Assembly (NCBI GenBank): GCA_963732585.1
Contig: CAVSZY010000007.1
Span: forward strand, 98,807-162,806
Direction of reading: 5' to 3'
DNA: 64,000 nt
Source: an uncultured Acidimicrobiaceae bacterium
GTDB taxonomy: Bacteria; Actinomycetota; Acidimicrobiia; Acidimicrobiales; Ilumatobacteraceae
Shown: in pieces, positions 28,746 through 38,392 of the stretch
Layout: each line of letters begins with the position of its first letter
Numbering within the stretch: the stretch's first letter is position 1
Made by a program: the position numbers and the translations under genes
The notes under the pieces: generated by a model
The model's database searches: none
What the model was told of the DNA's origin: nothing
The model's input: the letters and a program-made list of their open reading frames with translations, nothing else

Positions 28746-29468
28746 ATGATCACCAACGACCGCGGCGAACAGCGTTCCGTCAGCGTCATCTTGCCGACCT
28801 ACAACGAGGCCGACAGCATCCGTTCCTGCATCCGCGGCTTTGAGCGGCTCGGCATCGTCGACGAGATCATCGTCGTCAATAACAACGCGCACCCGGACAC
28901 CTCCGGCAACGTCGCTGGCACATCGGCGATCGAAATCTTTGAACCGACGCAGGGATACGGCGCTGCGATTCAGCGTGGGCTGCGGGAGGCAACGAGCGAC
29001 CTGTTGGCCATCTGCGAACCCGACGGCACCTTCGAACCAGCTGACCTGCTCAAGTTGTTGCCGTTCCTCAGCGACTGCGACTTTGTCGTCGGCTCGCGCA
29101 CCGTCAACGACTTCATCTACGCCGGTGCCAACATGGGCCGTTTCCTGCGCTGGGGAAATTGGGCAGTGGCCAAGCTGACCGAGGTGGTCTACGGCTCCGC
29201 CTACCTCAGCGACGTCGGCTGCACCTTCCGCGTCATCACCCGCCCGACCTACCACCAGCTGGAGCCCGGGTTTCGTATCGCCGGGTCAAGCTTCGGGTTC
29301 GAGATGTTGCTACTGGCGATTCGTCAGCGGGTCAGCGTCGTGCAACTCCCTGTGCGTTATTACCCACGCGTCGGCGAGTCGTCGGTCACCGGTAGCCGCG
29401 TCAAGGCCGTGCGCCTCGGTTTGGAAATGATCGTGCTGATGATGCGAATGCGTTTCAGACGGCGATGA
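28746..29468 (+). CDS. GT2 polyprenyl-phosphate sugar synthase-like glycosyltransferase (DPM1/GtrB type)
   Basis: 240 aa; VSVILPTYNE, IIVVNNN, ICEPDGTFEP, GSRT motifs. Confidence 0.8.
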   Translation: MITNDRGEQRSVSVILPTYNEADSIRSCIRGFERLGIVDEIIVVNNNAHPDTSGNVAGTSAIEIFEPTQGYGAAIQRGLREATSDLLAICEPDGTFEPADLLKLLPFLSDCDFVVGSRTVNDFIYAGANMGRFLRWGNWAVAKLTEVVYGSAYLSDVGCTFRVITRPTYHQLEPGFRIAGSSFGFEMLLLAIRQRVSVVQLPVRYYPRVGESSVTGSRVKAVRLGLEMIVLMMRMRFRRR

Positions 29469-30124
29469 GCGCAACGGCCGACTCCCACGGGGAGTACTTC
29501 CAGTCACGCTTCACTCACGACGACAATCGCCTCGTCGTTTGGCGTCATGTCGTTGCCTATCTCGGGGCGTTGATCGACAGGCAGCATCGTTTCGTCGAAC
29601 TCGGCGCAGGCTATTGCGAGGTCAGCCACTGCCTCGGTGTCGACGGCCCCCCGATCACGGTCGTCGACCTGCGTAGCGACTTGGCCGAGTGGGCCCCCAT
29701 CGGTGCCGATGTGCTGATCGGTAGTTGCACCGACCTGTCGATGATCGCCGACGGGTCGGTCGGCTCCGTGTTCGCCAGCAACCTGCTGGAACACCTCAGC
29801 AAGCCCGACGCCCGCGAGACCTTGCGCGAGGCCCATAGGGTGCTGCGCCCGGGCGGCCACTTCATTGCCATGCAACCCAACTTTCGGCTCGCACCGCGAC
29901 GCTATTTCGACGACTTCACGCACGAGACGATCTTCACCGACGAGAGCCTCAACGATCTGATGATCTCCTGCGGGTTTGAGATCGCCCGTCGAGAAAACCG
30001 TTTTCTGCCGCTGTCGATGAAGTCGCGAGGCTCGTCATTGACGTTCCTCGTGCCCTGGTATCTGCGTTCACCGATTCGCCCCTTCGCCGGGCAAATGTTG
30101 ATCGCCGGTCGTCGCCCCAGCTGA
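29465..30124 (+). CDS. class I SAM-dependent methyltransferase
   Basis: 219 aa; FVELGAGYC, SNLLEHLSKPD, LRPGGHFIA. ATGA overlap with the preceding GT2. Confidence 0.75.
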   Translation: MSATADSHGEYFQSRFTHDDNRLVVWRHVVAYLGALIDRQHRFVELGAGYCEVSHCLGVDGPPITVVDLRSDLAEWAPIGADVLIGSCTDLSMIADGSVGSVFASNLLEHLSKPDARETLREAHRVLRPGGHFIAMQPNFRLAPRRYFDDFTHETIFTDESLNDLMISCGFEIARRENRFLPLSMKSRGSSLTFLVPWYLRSPIRPFAGQMLIAGRRPS

Positions 30125-31048
30125 TTCGTGGGGTGACGCGGCGGGTGAGGTTGCCAGGCGCCATAACCGTCGGCTGCGACCAAGCTGTGCTGATCCGAGC
30201 GCGCCGACAAGTTGCACGCCGATGTGGGCACTGACCATGCGATGTCGACGGGCGACGCGAGCCGAGCGCGGCCAGGCGGCGATCGCCGCTGCGTCCGCTA
30301 GCTGGTGGTACAACGCCAGCTCCTCCTCGAAGCGCCGCGTCCCACGCGTCGACGTCGCGCTGGCGCTCGAACCGTGGCGTCGATAGTCGTAGAGCTCTTG
30401 GCGCACGACACCGATTTCACCGCCGCACAGCAGCGTGCGGGCGATCAGGTCGAGGTCGACAACCATCGACCAACGAGGATCGAACGGGCGGGCGACGCCC
30501 GGCACGTCGGGCAACAGCGAGCGGCGATAGGTCAACGTCGGGCTGTAGATCGTGTTGTTGGCTAACAGCGCAGCGAGACCGTCGTCGCCGCGCAGCAGGT
30601 AATCGCCCGCTGGGCGCCGGGCGCAGCGCTTGACCACATCGGCGATCGTGTGCCGTGGGCGATCGTTCGCGCCGATGACGTTGACCCCGGTGGCGACCAT
30701 CGCCGCCCTCGGCCAACGTTGCAACGCCGCGGTGATCACCCGCAGATAGTCGGGGCGCAGCCGGTCGTCGGCGTGCAGCAGCGTCACCACATCGCTGTCC
30801 GCTGCATCCAGAGCTCGATTCCAGTTGCCCCCGATACCCACACGGTGATCGTTGCGCAGCACCTTCAGGCGCCCGTCGACGTGGTCGGCGAGCACGACCG
30901 CCGCTGGCTCAGCGGCAGCGTCGTCGATGACGATCAACCGCCACCGTGGGTCGGATTGGGCGAAGACGCTGTCGACCGCCTGGCGCAGAAAGCCGGGCTG
31001 TCGGCAGTAAGGCACGGCGATCGTCGGGATGTCAGCATCGCCAGGCAC
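30068..31048 (-). CDS. family-2 glycosyltransferase
   Basis: 326 aa from a GTG; IAVPYCRQPGFLRQAVDSVFAQSD, LIVIDDAA, LLHADD motifs. The 3-prime end overlaps the convergent MT by 57 nt. Confidence 0.75.
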   Translation of the reverse strand: MPGDADIPTIAVPYCRQPGFLRQAVDSVFAQSDPRWRLIVIDDAAAEPAAVVLADHVDGRLKVLRNDHRVGIGGNWNRALDAADSDVVTLLHADDRLRPDYLRVITAALQRWPRAAMVATGVNVIGANDRPRHTIADVVKRCARRPAGDYLLRGDDGLAALLANNTIYSPTLTYRRSLLPDVPGVARPFDPRWSMVVDLDLIARTLLCGGEIGVVRQELYDYRRHGSSASATSTRGTRRFEEELALYHQLADAAAIAAWPRSARVARRHRMVSAHIGVQLVGALGSAQLGRSRRLWRLATSPAASPHESAGATTGDQHLPGEGANR

Positions 31049-31071
31049 CCCTTAAAGCTACGCTGACGGTC

Positions 31072-31689
31072 GTGAACGTGGCGACCGACGGTGGCCCGGC
31101 GCGCCGGGCCACTGCGCAACAGCAAGCCTATGCCGAACGGTTGCGACGGCTCTCACGCCGGGGCGGAGTGCTCCGTCGGCTGTTCGAACCGCAGCGCCTC
31201 TATCGCCGCAGAATGCGCACCATGCGGCCGGGGTTCATGCTCGACGTCGGCTGTGGGATCGGTCGAACCCTGTCGTTCGTCGACGGCCACGGTGTCGGGA
31301 TCGACACCAACCCGGCCTGCGTCGCGGCTGCCCGTCGGCGAGGATTCGTGGCGCTGTCGCCGGATGACTTCGGCGATGATCGTCGCTCGTTCGACTCGGT
31401 GGTCTTCGCTCATGTGCTCGAGCACCTCGGGTTCGACGATGCCGTCGAAATTGTGCGTCGCTACGCGCCGCGGGCCCTCCCCGCAGGTCAGGTGATCATC
31501 ATCAGCCCGCAGCAGCGCGGGCAGCGCAGCGATCCGACGCACCTCACGCTGATCGGCAGCGACGAACTCGTGGAACTCGCCCGACGTTGCGATCTGCGCC
31601 TTGAGTCGGTGCGCTCGTTTCCCGTGCCCCGTCGCTGGGGTGCCTGGTTTACGCACAACGAGACGATCGCCGTGCTGCGCCGCTCCTGA
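31072..31689 (+). CDS. class I SAM-dependent methyltransferase
   Basis: Track ORF 30946..31689 trimmed to the GTG at 31072; MLDVGCGIGRT, FAHVLEHLGFDD. Confidence 0.65.
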   Translation: MNVATDGGPARRATAQQQAYAERLRRLSRRGGVLRRLFEPQRLYRRRMRTMRPGFMLDVGCGIGRTLSFVDGHGVGIDTNPACVAAARRRGFVALSPDDFGDDRRSFDSVVFAHVLEHLGFDDAVEIVRRYAPRALPAGQVIIISPQQRGQRSDPTHLTLIGSDELVELARRCDLRLESVRSFPVPRRWGAWFTHNETIAVLRRS

Positions 31690-31700
31690 GGTTGCTGAAT

Positions 31701-33626
31701 TTAGGGTTGGGTCGGCCAGGGCAACGTCGGATAGTGGGCCCTGATCGCCGCGATCGCCTCATCCGTGGCCAGATTTGTCAGCGCCAGCATCGAGCTCGCT
31801 TGCACTCGATAGCGCCCGAGAATTTGCGCCACGAAGACGGCGTGGCGATCCTCGGCGACGAGTCGCAGCCACAGATCCCAGTCTTCCCAGCCGAAGATTG
31901 AGTCGTCGTCGGTGCGGTATCCGCCGAGGTCGCGCCACGTGTCGCGTCGGAACATCGCCTGAGCATCGATGTAGTTCGCCGCGCAGAGCCGCAGCGGATC
32001 CCAGGCCAAAGCGCTGCGCAGATTGCGGGCGGCGCCGAAATCCTCAAGGATGCTGTAGGCCGCGGCCGCCGCCAGGTCGCCATCGAGTGCATCGGCGAGC
32101 CTGCGCAAACACGTCGGATAGACGAGGTTGTCGGCATCGATGACCATCACCTTGTCGGCTCGGGCCACAGCAAATCCGCTGTTGCGCGCCGCCGCCAGGC
32201 CCTCGTTGGCGTTCTTGGCCAACAGCCGAATCGCCGCCGTCGGGTGTCGGTTGATGTAGCGACGCACGACGTCGCGGCTTGAATCGGTGGCGTGGTCCTC
32301 GACGACGACCACCTCGATCTCGATACCTTCGCTGGCCAGCACGCTGTCCAAGGTCTCGGTGACCAGATCGGCGTAGTTATACAGCGTGACGACGACGCTG
32401 ACCTCGGGTCGCCGGGCTTCGTAGCCATCGGAGTCGATGATCTCGATGAACTGAAAATCTCCATGGCGCAACATGCAGCGCGCTGCATCGAGCCGACGCA
32501 GGGCGGCATTCTCGGCCAGAGCGAGGCGCTTGGCCTTTGTCTGGATGTCGAGGTATGGGCGAAACACCGGCATTCGTTGCGGCGGTGGCACCAGCGTCGC
32601 TCCGAGGCGCCACAGGCCGCGTAGGTGTCCCGGCTCGGCGACGTGTTGTGCGAGCCGGGGGAGCATCGTGGCCTCGATGCGATCGAGGATTGCGGGCAAT
32701 GTCGTCGCCAATGCCAGATCGATCATCACGGCTTGGCGGGCGGCATCGGCGAGGCGCTGGCGACGCTGCGGATCGGCGAGTAAGCCCTCGACTGCGCTCG
32801 CCATGGCGTCGATCGTCGCTTCCACAAAATGAATACCGGGGACAAGCGGGGCGTGACCATGGGATGGTTCGGTGACGACGACGCAGCCGTTGGCCATCGC
32901 CTCGATCATCCGCGCCCATTCGAAATAGGGAGGCGGGTTGGCTCCAGGTGGCAGATGAAGCGAACGGTCGCGGTGGATGTTGAGCAGGATCGACGACTGT
33001 GCCAGAAAGCGGAACTTGTCGTCGCCGAACAGCAAACCAGGCGTCTGCGGCCCGACCGGGCGATCAAATGTGAACAGCCGCAGCTCACTGTTGTGGCGAG
33101 ACAACGCCGGGGCCAACTCGGCGAGGGCGGCGGCGCGCCGCGGGTCGAGGCCGCCCATGAAGACGACATCGAGATGCCGATCGATCGGCTGTTGCCAAGG
33201 GGCATTGGCCACGAGCGACGGGACGCCACCGAGCGTCAGACGCTCGGCAGCGACCTTGACGTCTCGCAGTGCGTCGACCCCGTGAGGGCTGATATCGAGC
33301 GTGTGCAACGCCCGGCGGCAAACGTCGACGGAGAGGTGAAACCACGGGGTGTCCGGCTGCTCTGTACACACCGGAATCGAGGCCGCCGCGGCGCGTTGCA
33401 AATCGGCCTTTGGCGCTCGATACAACTCGAAAAACTCGTGCGGGGCAACGACGAGGTTGATGGCACCGTCGACGGCGGGGAGACGGTCATCGACCACGGT
33501 TGCTGTGCGCCCGGCCAGGGTCGCGGCCTCGGCTATCCACCCAGCGATGTCGCGCATGAACCCGTTGCCCGTGGCTGCAACAAAGACCTTGACTGGGGCG
33601 GGGTGACCGCCGCCGGGGGCCGCCAT
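31701..33626 (-). CDS. bifunctional-looking glycosyltransferase: N-terminal GT-B-like half plus C-terminal GT2 domain
   Basis: 641 aa. FEWARMIEAMANGCVVVTE (GT-B-like) in the first half; VSVVVTLYNY..VVVVEDHATD..VIDADN GT2 motifs in the second. Confidence 0.75.
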   Translation of the reverse strand: MAAPGGGHPAPVKVFVAATGNGFMRDIAGWIAEAATLAGRTATVVDDRLPAVDGAINLVVAPHEFFELYRAPKADLQRAAAASIPVCTEQPDTPWFHLSVDVCRRALHTLDISPHGVDALRDVKVAAERLTLGGVPSLVANAPWQQPIDRHLDVVFMGGLDPRRAAALAELAPALSRHNSELRLFTFDRPVGPQTPGLLFGDDKFRFLAQSSILLNIHRDRSLHLPPGANPPPYFEWARMIEAMANGCVVVTEPSHGHAPLVPGIHFVEATIDAMASAVEGLLADPQRRQRLADAARQAVMIDLALATTLPAILDRIEATMLPRLAQHVAEPGHLRGLWRLGATLVPPPQRMPVFRPYLDIQTKAKRLALAENAALRRLDAARCMLRHGDFQFIEIIDSDGYEARRPEVSVVVTLYNYADLVTETLDSVLASEGIEIEVVVVEDHATDSSRDVVRRYINRHPTAAIRLLAKNANEGLAAARNSGFAVARADKVMVIDADNLVYPTCLRRLADALDGDLAAAAAYSILEDFGAARNLRSALAWDPLRLCAANYIDAQAMFRRDTWRDLGGYRTDDDSIFGWEDWDLWLRLVAEDRHAVFVAQILGRYRVQASSMLALTNLATDEAIAAIRAHYPTLPWPTQP

Positions 33627-33628
33627 CG

Positions 33629-33937
33629 TTAGAACCGCTTGAACATGACGCGCATCGCTTTCCGCGGTGCCCGACCGAGCTTGGCGACCCCACGTTTGGC
33701 GACAGCAGCTTTGGCCGGGTGGTTCTTGACATCGGCAGCCATCGAACGCAACAGCGCATGGCGGCTCATCGCCGTTGGCAAGGCCTCGGCCAGCTGGCGA
33801 ACCTCGGTGCGCCTGGCCAGGGCCTCGACACGGAGTTCATCGATCGTCGCCTCGGCGAGCTCCAGGCGGCGGCGCAACTCGGCGTTCTCGGAGGCGTGAC
33901 GGGCGAGTTGTTCAGCGAGCGGGTTGGCTGGGTTCAT
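33629..33937 (-). CDS. small coiled-coil protein with basic C-terminal tail
   Basis: 102 aa; AELRRRLELAEATIDELRVEALARRTEVRQLAEAL, tail KRGVAKLGRAPRKAMRVMFKRF. Stop lies 2 nt before the GT start. Confidence 0.5.
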   Translation of the reverse strand: MNPANPLAEQLARHASENAELRRRLELAEATIDELRVEALARRTEVRQLAEALPTAMSRHALLRSMAADVKNHPAKAAVAKRGVAKLGRAPRKAMRVMFKRF

Positions 33938-35435
33938 TCGCCCTCATCGTAACCAGGCCCGACGCCTGCCCCCGGAGATGGGCAGCTTGTTGGCAGCCGC
34001 GCCACAGGGAACCAGCGGCGGCGACGACGACGATGGTGTGTCCGACAAGCAGAATCGGGGGAGCCAGCGCTGGGTTCCAGCCGGGCGAGATCGAGGGCGG
34101 CAACCCGCCATCTAGCCCAGCGACATGGCGGCCGAGGGCCGTCCAGAACGTGGCTACTTCCGCCCCGGCGGCGATCACCAACACTGCCAGCCACCATCGT
34201 TGTCGACGGCCATCGTCCGCTGGGCTCAGCGCCACCAGGCCAGCCAACATCGGTAGCGAATAGCGGCCCTGCCAGATCGTGCCGATGCCCGGGCCGGTTG
34301 CCCAGGTGAACAGCAGCGGCGTGGCCAACAGCCCGGCGGTCCAGATGGCGACCACCCGCCGATCGGTCTGGCTGCGTCGCCACGCAGCGAGGAGAACCAG
34401 CGCAAAGATGGCAAGTAGCGCGGCGACGGCCACGGGTGGGGCTGCAAACTCATCCCAACCTAACGATCCAACGGCATCCCACAGCACCCCTGGCAGGCGA
34501 ACCAGCATCGACCACGTCGCTCGCCAGCGGCCGTCGGGCAATGCCGTGCGGTCGTCCTCGAATCGCAAACCGATCGCGGAATTCCAAACGAGGACGGAGG
34601 CGATCGCCAGCCCAATCGGAGTCACCGAGGTGAGCAACACGTGCCGGGTGGCTCGCACACCGCTGGCGATGAGCATCGCGGCGATGGCCACGGTCACCGC
34701 CAACGCCGTTGGACGGATGGCAATCGCCAGACCGAGGGGTACCGAGATCGAAACGAGCTCGCCGCACGACGGAAGGGGATTGGCGCGTACCCGGGCGACC
34801 CCGACCCACGCCGCCAGGCACAGCGCAAGTTCGATGGCGTTGGGGTTGACGACTCCAGCGAGGTACCAACCGGCAGGGCCGATCACGGCGACCAACATCG
34901 TCGCAGGTCTGCCGAGTGGACGGGCCCTGAGAAAGGCAAAGGTCAGCACCATTGCCTGCAACACGATCGCCGCAAGTCGGTAGAAAAGGCTGTGCTGCCC
35001 GTCGGAGATGAGTATCGTCGGCCCGCCGACAAGGGCGTAGTACAGCGGCGGATAGTTGGCCGCGGCGGTGGCCACCTCGAGCTGACCGGTGGTGATGGTC
35101 TCCACGGCGCATGATGCCGCAACCGTCCGGTCGCGGCGATAGCAGATGGGGTCGCCACTGGCCAGCGACGCTGGCACGCTGACGGCTCGAAAGCCCGGGG
35201 GCCAGCCGTCGATTCGATCGCCTCTGAATTGGCCCTGGGCGACGGCGGCGGCACGCAGCACATGCGCTGGTTCGTCGGGTCCGCCATAACGGCCGATAGC
35301 CAGCGCCCAGCTGAGCAGAATCAATACCACGGTGCAGTAGGTCGCCGCGAAAGAGATCAAACGCGCCAACGGCACGGAGTGGCGGCGGGGCATCGTCTCA
35401 GCATTGCACTCGATAATCTCCTGGGCGTGCTTCAT
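33912..35435 (-). CDS. DUF2142-like polytopic membrane protein
   Basis: 507 aa (alternative ATG at 35393). GGPDEPAHVLRAAAV after TM1, C..C..YPPLYY loop, GSLGWDEF motif; paralogue of 27115..28636. Confidence 0.7.
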   Translation of the reverse strand: MKHAQEIIECNAETMPRRHSVPLARLISFAATYCTVVLILLSWALAIGRYGGPDEPAHVLRAAAVAQGQFRGDRIDGWPPGFRAVSVPASLASGDPICYRRDRTVAASCAVETITTGQLEVATAAANYPPLYYALVGGPTILISDGQHSLFYRLAAIVLQAMVLTFAFLRARPLGRPATMLVAVIGPAGWYLAGVVNPNAIELALCLAAWVGVARVRANPLPSCGELVSISVPLGLAIAIRPTALAVTVAIAAMLIASGVRATRHVLLTSVTPIGLAIASVLVWNSAIGLRFEDDRTALPDGRWRATWSMLVRLPGVLWDAVGSLGWDEFAAPPVAVAALLAIFALVLLAAWRRSQTDRRVVAIWTAGLLATPLLFTWATGPGIGTIWQGRYSLPMLAGLVALSPADDGRRQRWWLAVLVIAAGAEVATFWTALGRHVAGLDGGLPPSISPGWNPALAPPILLVGHTIVVVAAAGSLWRGCQQAAHLRGQASGLVTMRANEPSQPAR

Positions 35436-36119
35436 CGAGATCGATTGCCTGTGTGCCGCTCCTTGCTCATCGCTCTCGCACTGCTGTTGGCCGGTTGTGC
35501 GGCGGGTCGTAGCGATGATGTCGACTCATCGTCCTCGGTTGCGACACCTGCCGGCGCTTCTGTGCCAACGGCGAGCCCAACGCGCAGCAGCGCACCAACG
35601 GTGACGACTTTTCCGGTCGCTGCCAACACTCCCACTCGCACCCTGGCCCAGGCTGGCGTGTACACCTGCGAACAGCCGGGGTTGTGGCAACCGTTTGCCG
35701 ACAACCCGGCAACGATCGTTGTCGCCGAACCTGCGCCGGGAGCGGCCTGCGGCGACGGTGTGCTCGCCTTGCCGAGCGGACACTGCCTTCCCGATGGTTG
35801 CGACGCGGTGCCCGATACCTGGCGGATCGAGACGCTTCAAGGGGTGTCGCCGCTCAACCTCTTTGCGATTGTCATCCCCGGCGACAAAGCGACCGCCAAC
35901 TTTGTCTGCGTGTTCGACGGTGTCCAACAACCGAGCAAGGAGCTGTTGGCCACCACTGCGCTGTTCGAAGCATGCCCGATCGAATCGCCGGTCGCCCCGC
36001 AGCCGCAACCGGACGACACCACGGATATCCCCGTCGTGCCACCGGATAGTCGCGACATCGTCGTCGTTCCGCCAGCCTCGTCGGATATCCCGTTGCCACC
36101 GACACCGCCAACTCCTTAA
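35427..36119 (+). CDS. putative lipoprotein with Pro-rich C-terminus
   Basis: Track ORF 35229..36119 trimmed to the GTG at 35427; lipobox LLLAGC; no recognised domain. Confidence 0.55.
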   Translation: MLHRDRLPVCRSLLIALALLLAGCAAGRSDDVDSSSSVATPAGASVPTASPTRSSAPTVTTFPVAANTPTRTLAQAGVYTCEQPGLWQPFADNPATIVVAEPAPGAACGDGVLALPSGHCLPDGCDAVPDTWRIETLQGVSPLNLFAIVIPGDKATANFVCVFDGVQQPSKELLATTALFEACPIESPVAPQPQPDDTTDIPVVPPDSRDIVVVPPASSDIPLPPTPPTP

Positions 36120-36360
36120 GCGCGCCGCCAGGTGATGGCCGAACTTGTTCGCTTCTTGACCGATTCACGGCTGGAAACTTCGCTGCGCGCGCAGCTTGAC
36201 AATCCCTCGCGGAGAGCCTGATTCAGGTCGCCTCAATTTCTCGTTAATTCGACGTGTGGCGTTCAAGGCGACACGCTTGGTAACCGATCGTTCCTCCATA
36301 CAGCGCCCGAATTGGGTCGCAACACGCGCTCAGAGCGGGTGACGAAGTGATGGAGAGCGG

Positions 36361-38390
36361 ATGCGAATGTTACGGAACATGCGGGCACGACGTACTGCTG
36401 CCATCGCCGCGGCCCTGTTGGCGCTGCCGCTTGGCGCTGCTTCCGCCTCGTCTCCAATCCCGGCATTCATCCCCCAGGATGCGCATTGGCTGACGACCGT
36501 CAACTACTACCGCGAGATGGCAGGCCTGTCGCCGGTGACGGAGAACGCGACGTACTCCGCTGGCGCCTACAACCACTCTTGCTACATGCTGCAGAACACG
36601 ATCAGCTCACGACGAAGACCCGTCGCTCCCCGGCTACACCGCCAGTGGCGACCAAGCCGGTAACAACGGCAACGTCGCCGTCTCCAGCGTGTACAACACC
36701 TCGGCGCGCAGCCACATCGAACTGTGGATGACCGGCCCTTTCCATGCCATTGGCGTCTTGCGCCCCAATCTGCGCCAAGTTGGTTTCGGCAAGTGCGACA
36801 ACACCTCGACGCCGCCGTGGCGCTCGGGAGCGACCCTCGACGTATTACGCGGCCTTGTTGCCCCAGCGGTGCAGACCGCACCGATCCTGTTTCCGGGTAA
36901 CGGGACGACAACCAATCTCGATCGCTTCATCGTCGAAACCCCCGACCCGTTGACCTTCTGCGGCTGGACCGGATCTGCCGGGTTGCCGATTGATCGCGCA
37001 TGATGCCCGAGGCGATCACAGCCAATCCCGTGGCCTCGTTGAGCGGCCCCAACGGCCCGGTGCAGGTCTGTGTGCTCAGCGAGTTGAACACCAACGGAAC
37101 GGCCTCGGCGATCCTTGAAGGCAATAACGCGGTTGTCGTTGATGCCCCGCCAGGTCCTTGCTCCCGGGAGGCTATAGCGTCGTCGGTTCAGACCAGCAGT
37201 CGCACGGTGAACTGGCAGTTCGCGGTCGACCCTGCAGCGGCCACCGGCATCCAACCGGTCGATGAGACAACCCCGATTTCGACCGGTGTCGGCTTTCGAG
37301 GATGTTGCTCCAAGCCGCCTGGTCGATACCCGGGTGAACAAGGGCGCCAACAAGCTCGTCGGCCTGTTGACCAAACGCATCCAGATCACCGGCAGCCTGA
37401 TCCCATCGGGGGCAACGGCCGTCAGCGCCAACTTCACCAGCGTGCTCCCACAGACCGGCGGGTACCTGACTGTGTGGAACTGCTCGACGACCCGCCCGGT
37501 GGTCTCCACGCTCAACTTCAGCGGCGGTGACATCGTTCCCAACGGTGCCAGTGTGCCGCTCGACGCGACCGGTGGGGTGTGCGTCTTTTCGACGGCCAGC
37601 ACCGACCTGATCATCGACGTCAACGGTTACTACGCCGCTGACGGCGATGGGTTCTTCACCCCGGTCACGCCATCTCGCGTCTTTGACTCACGTATCTTGA
37701 TCCGTTCCGTCGGTCGCCTGGCAAAGGACGAGACGCAGGGTTTCGTCATCGCTGGCGAGGCAGGGGTTCCCGAGACTGCAACCGCTGTGGCCCTCAATAT
37801 CACCAGTGTGTCCCCGTCAGCGGCGGGCTTTGTCACCGTCTACCCGTGTGACATGTGCGCGCCCGATTGTGTCCAGCCTGAACCAGGTACCAACACTGCT
37901 CGCCCGAATCTGGTGATCGTGCCGGTCGCCGCCGACGGCTCCGTCTGCCTGTACACATCCAGCGAAGTCGATCTCGTCGCCGACGTCATGGGATACATCT
38001 CGACCGAATCGACGGCCAAGTACACCCCGACGAGTCCGTTCCGTTTGACCGACACCCGCGACCGGTTCCGTCCCGAACTCAACAGCGGCACGAACGGCGA
38101 CCTGCTACCCGCAGGGCAGATGTTCGCCGTTCAAGTCGCCGGAACACGTGGCATCGCCGCCGATGCCACCGCCGTGTCGGCCAACCTGACGGTCGTCGGT
38201 GCCAGCGGCGCCGGATACCTGACGGTGTGGCCCTGCGGGCCGCAACCGTCGACGTCGAACGTCAACTTCCAGGCGCATGACAGCTGTTGCCAACGGCGCT
38301 CAACTGCCGCTGTCGCCAACAGGGCAGCTGTGCTTCTTCAGCTCCGCCAACGTGCATGTCATCGTCGACATCTCCGGCTGGTGGAGCTGA
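36361..38390 (+). pseudogene. secreted CAP/SCP-domain protein with 3x DTR-WP repeats, multiply frameshifted
   Basis: Track ORFs 36361.., 36689.., 37000.., 37262.. plus an unlisted frame ending at the TGA at 38388-38390 join into one protein. Signal peptide, YYREMAGLSP..HDEDPSLPGYT..WMTGPFHAIG (CAP-like), then repeats at about 37293, 37652, 38018. Confidence 0.65.
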
Positions 38391-38392
38391 CC

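Noticed and set aside
36182-36201. 14-nt palindrome GCTGCGCGCGCAGC followed at once by TTGACA in the intergenic region of about 240 bp upstream of the CAP-repeat gene, considered as an operator plus -35 box or a riboswitch.
   Set aside because: No convincing -10 element at the right spacing, and I could not match the region to any riboswitch consensus. It stays an unverified motif.
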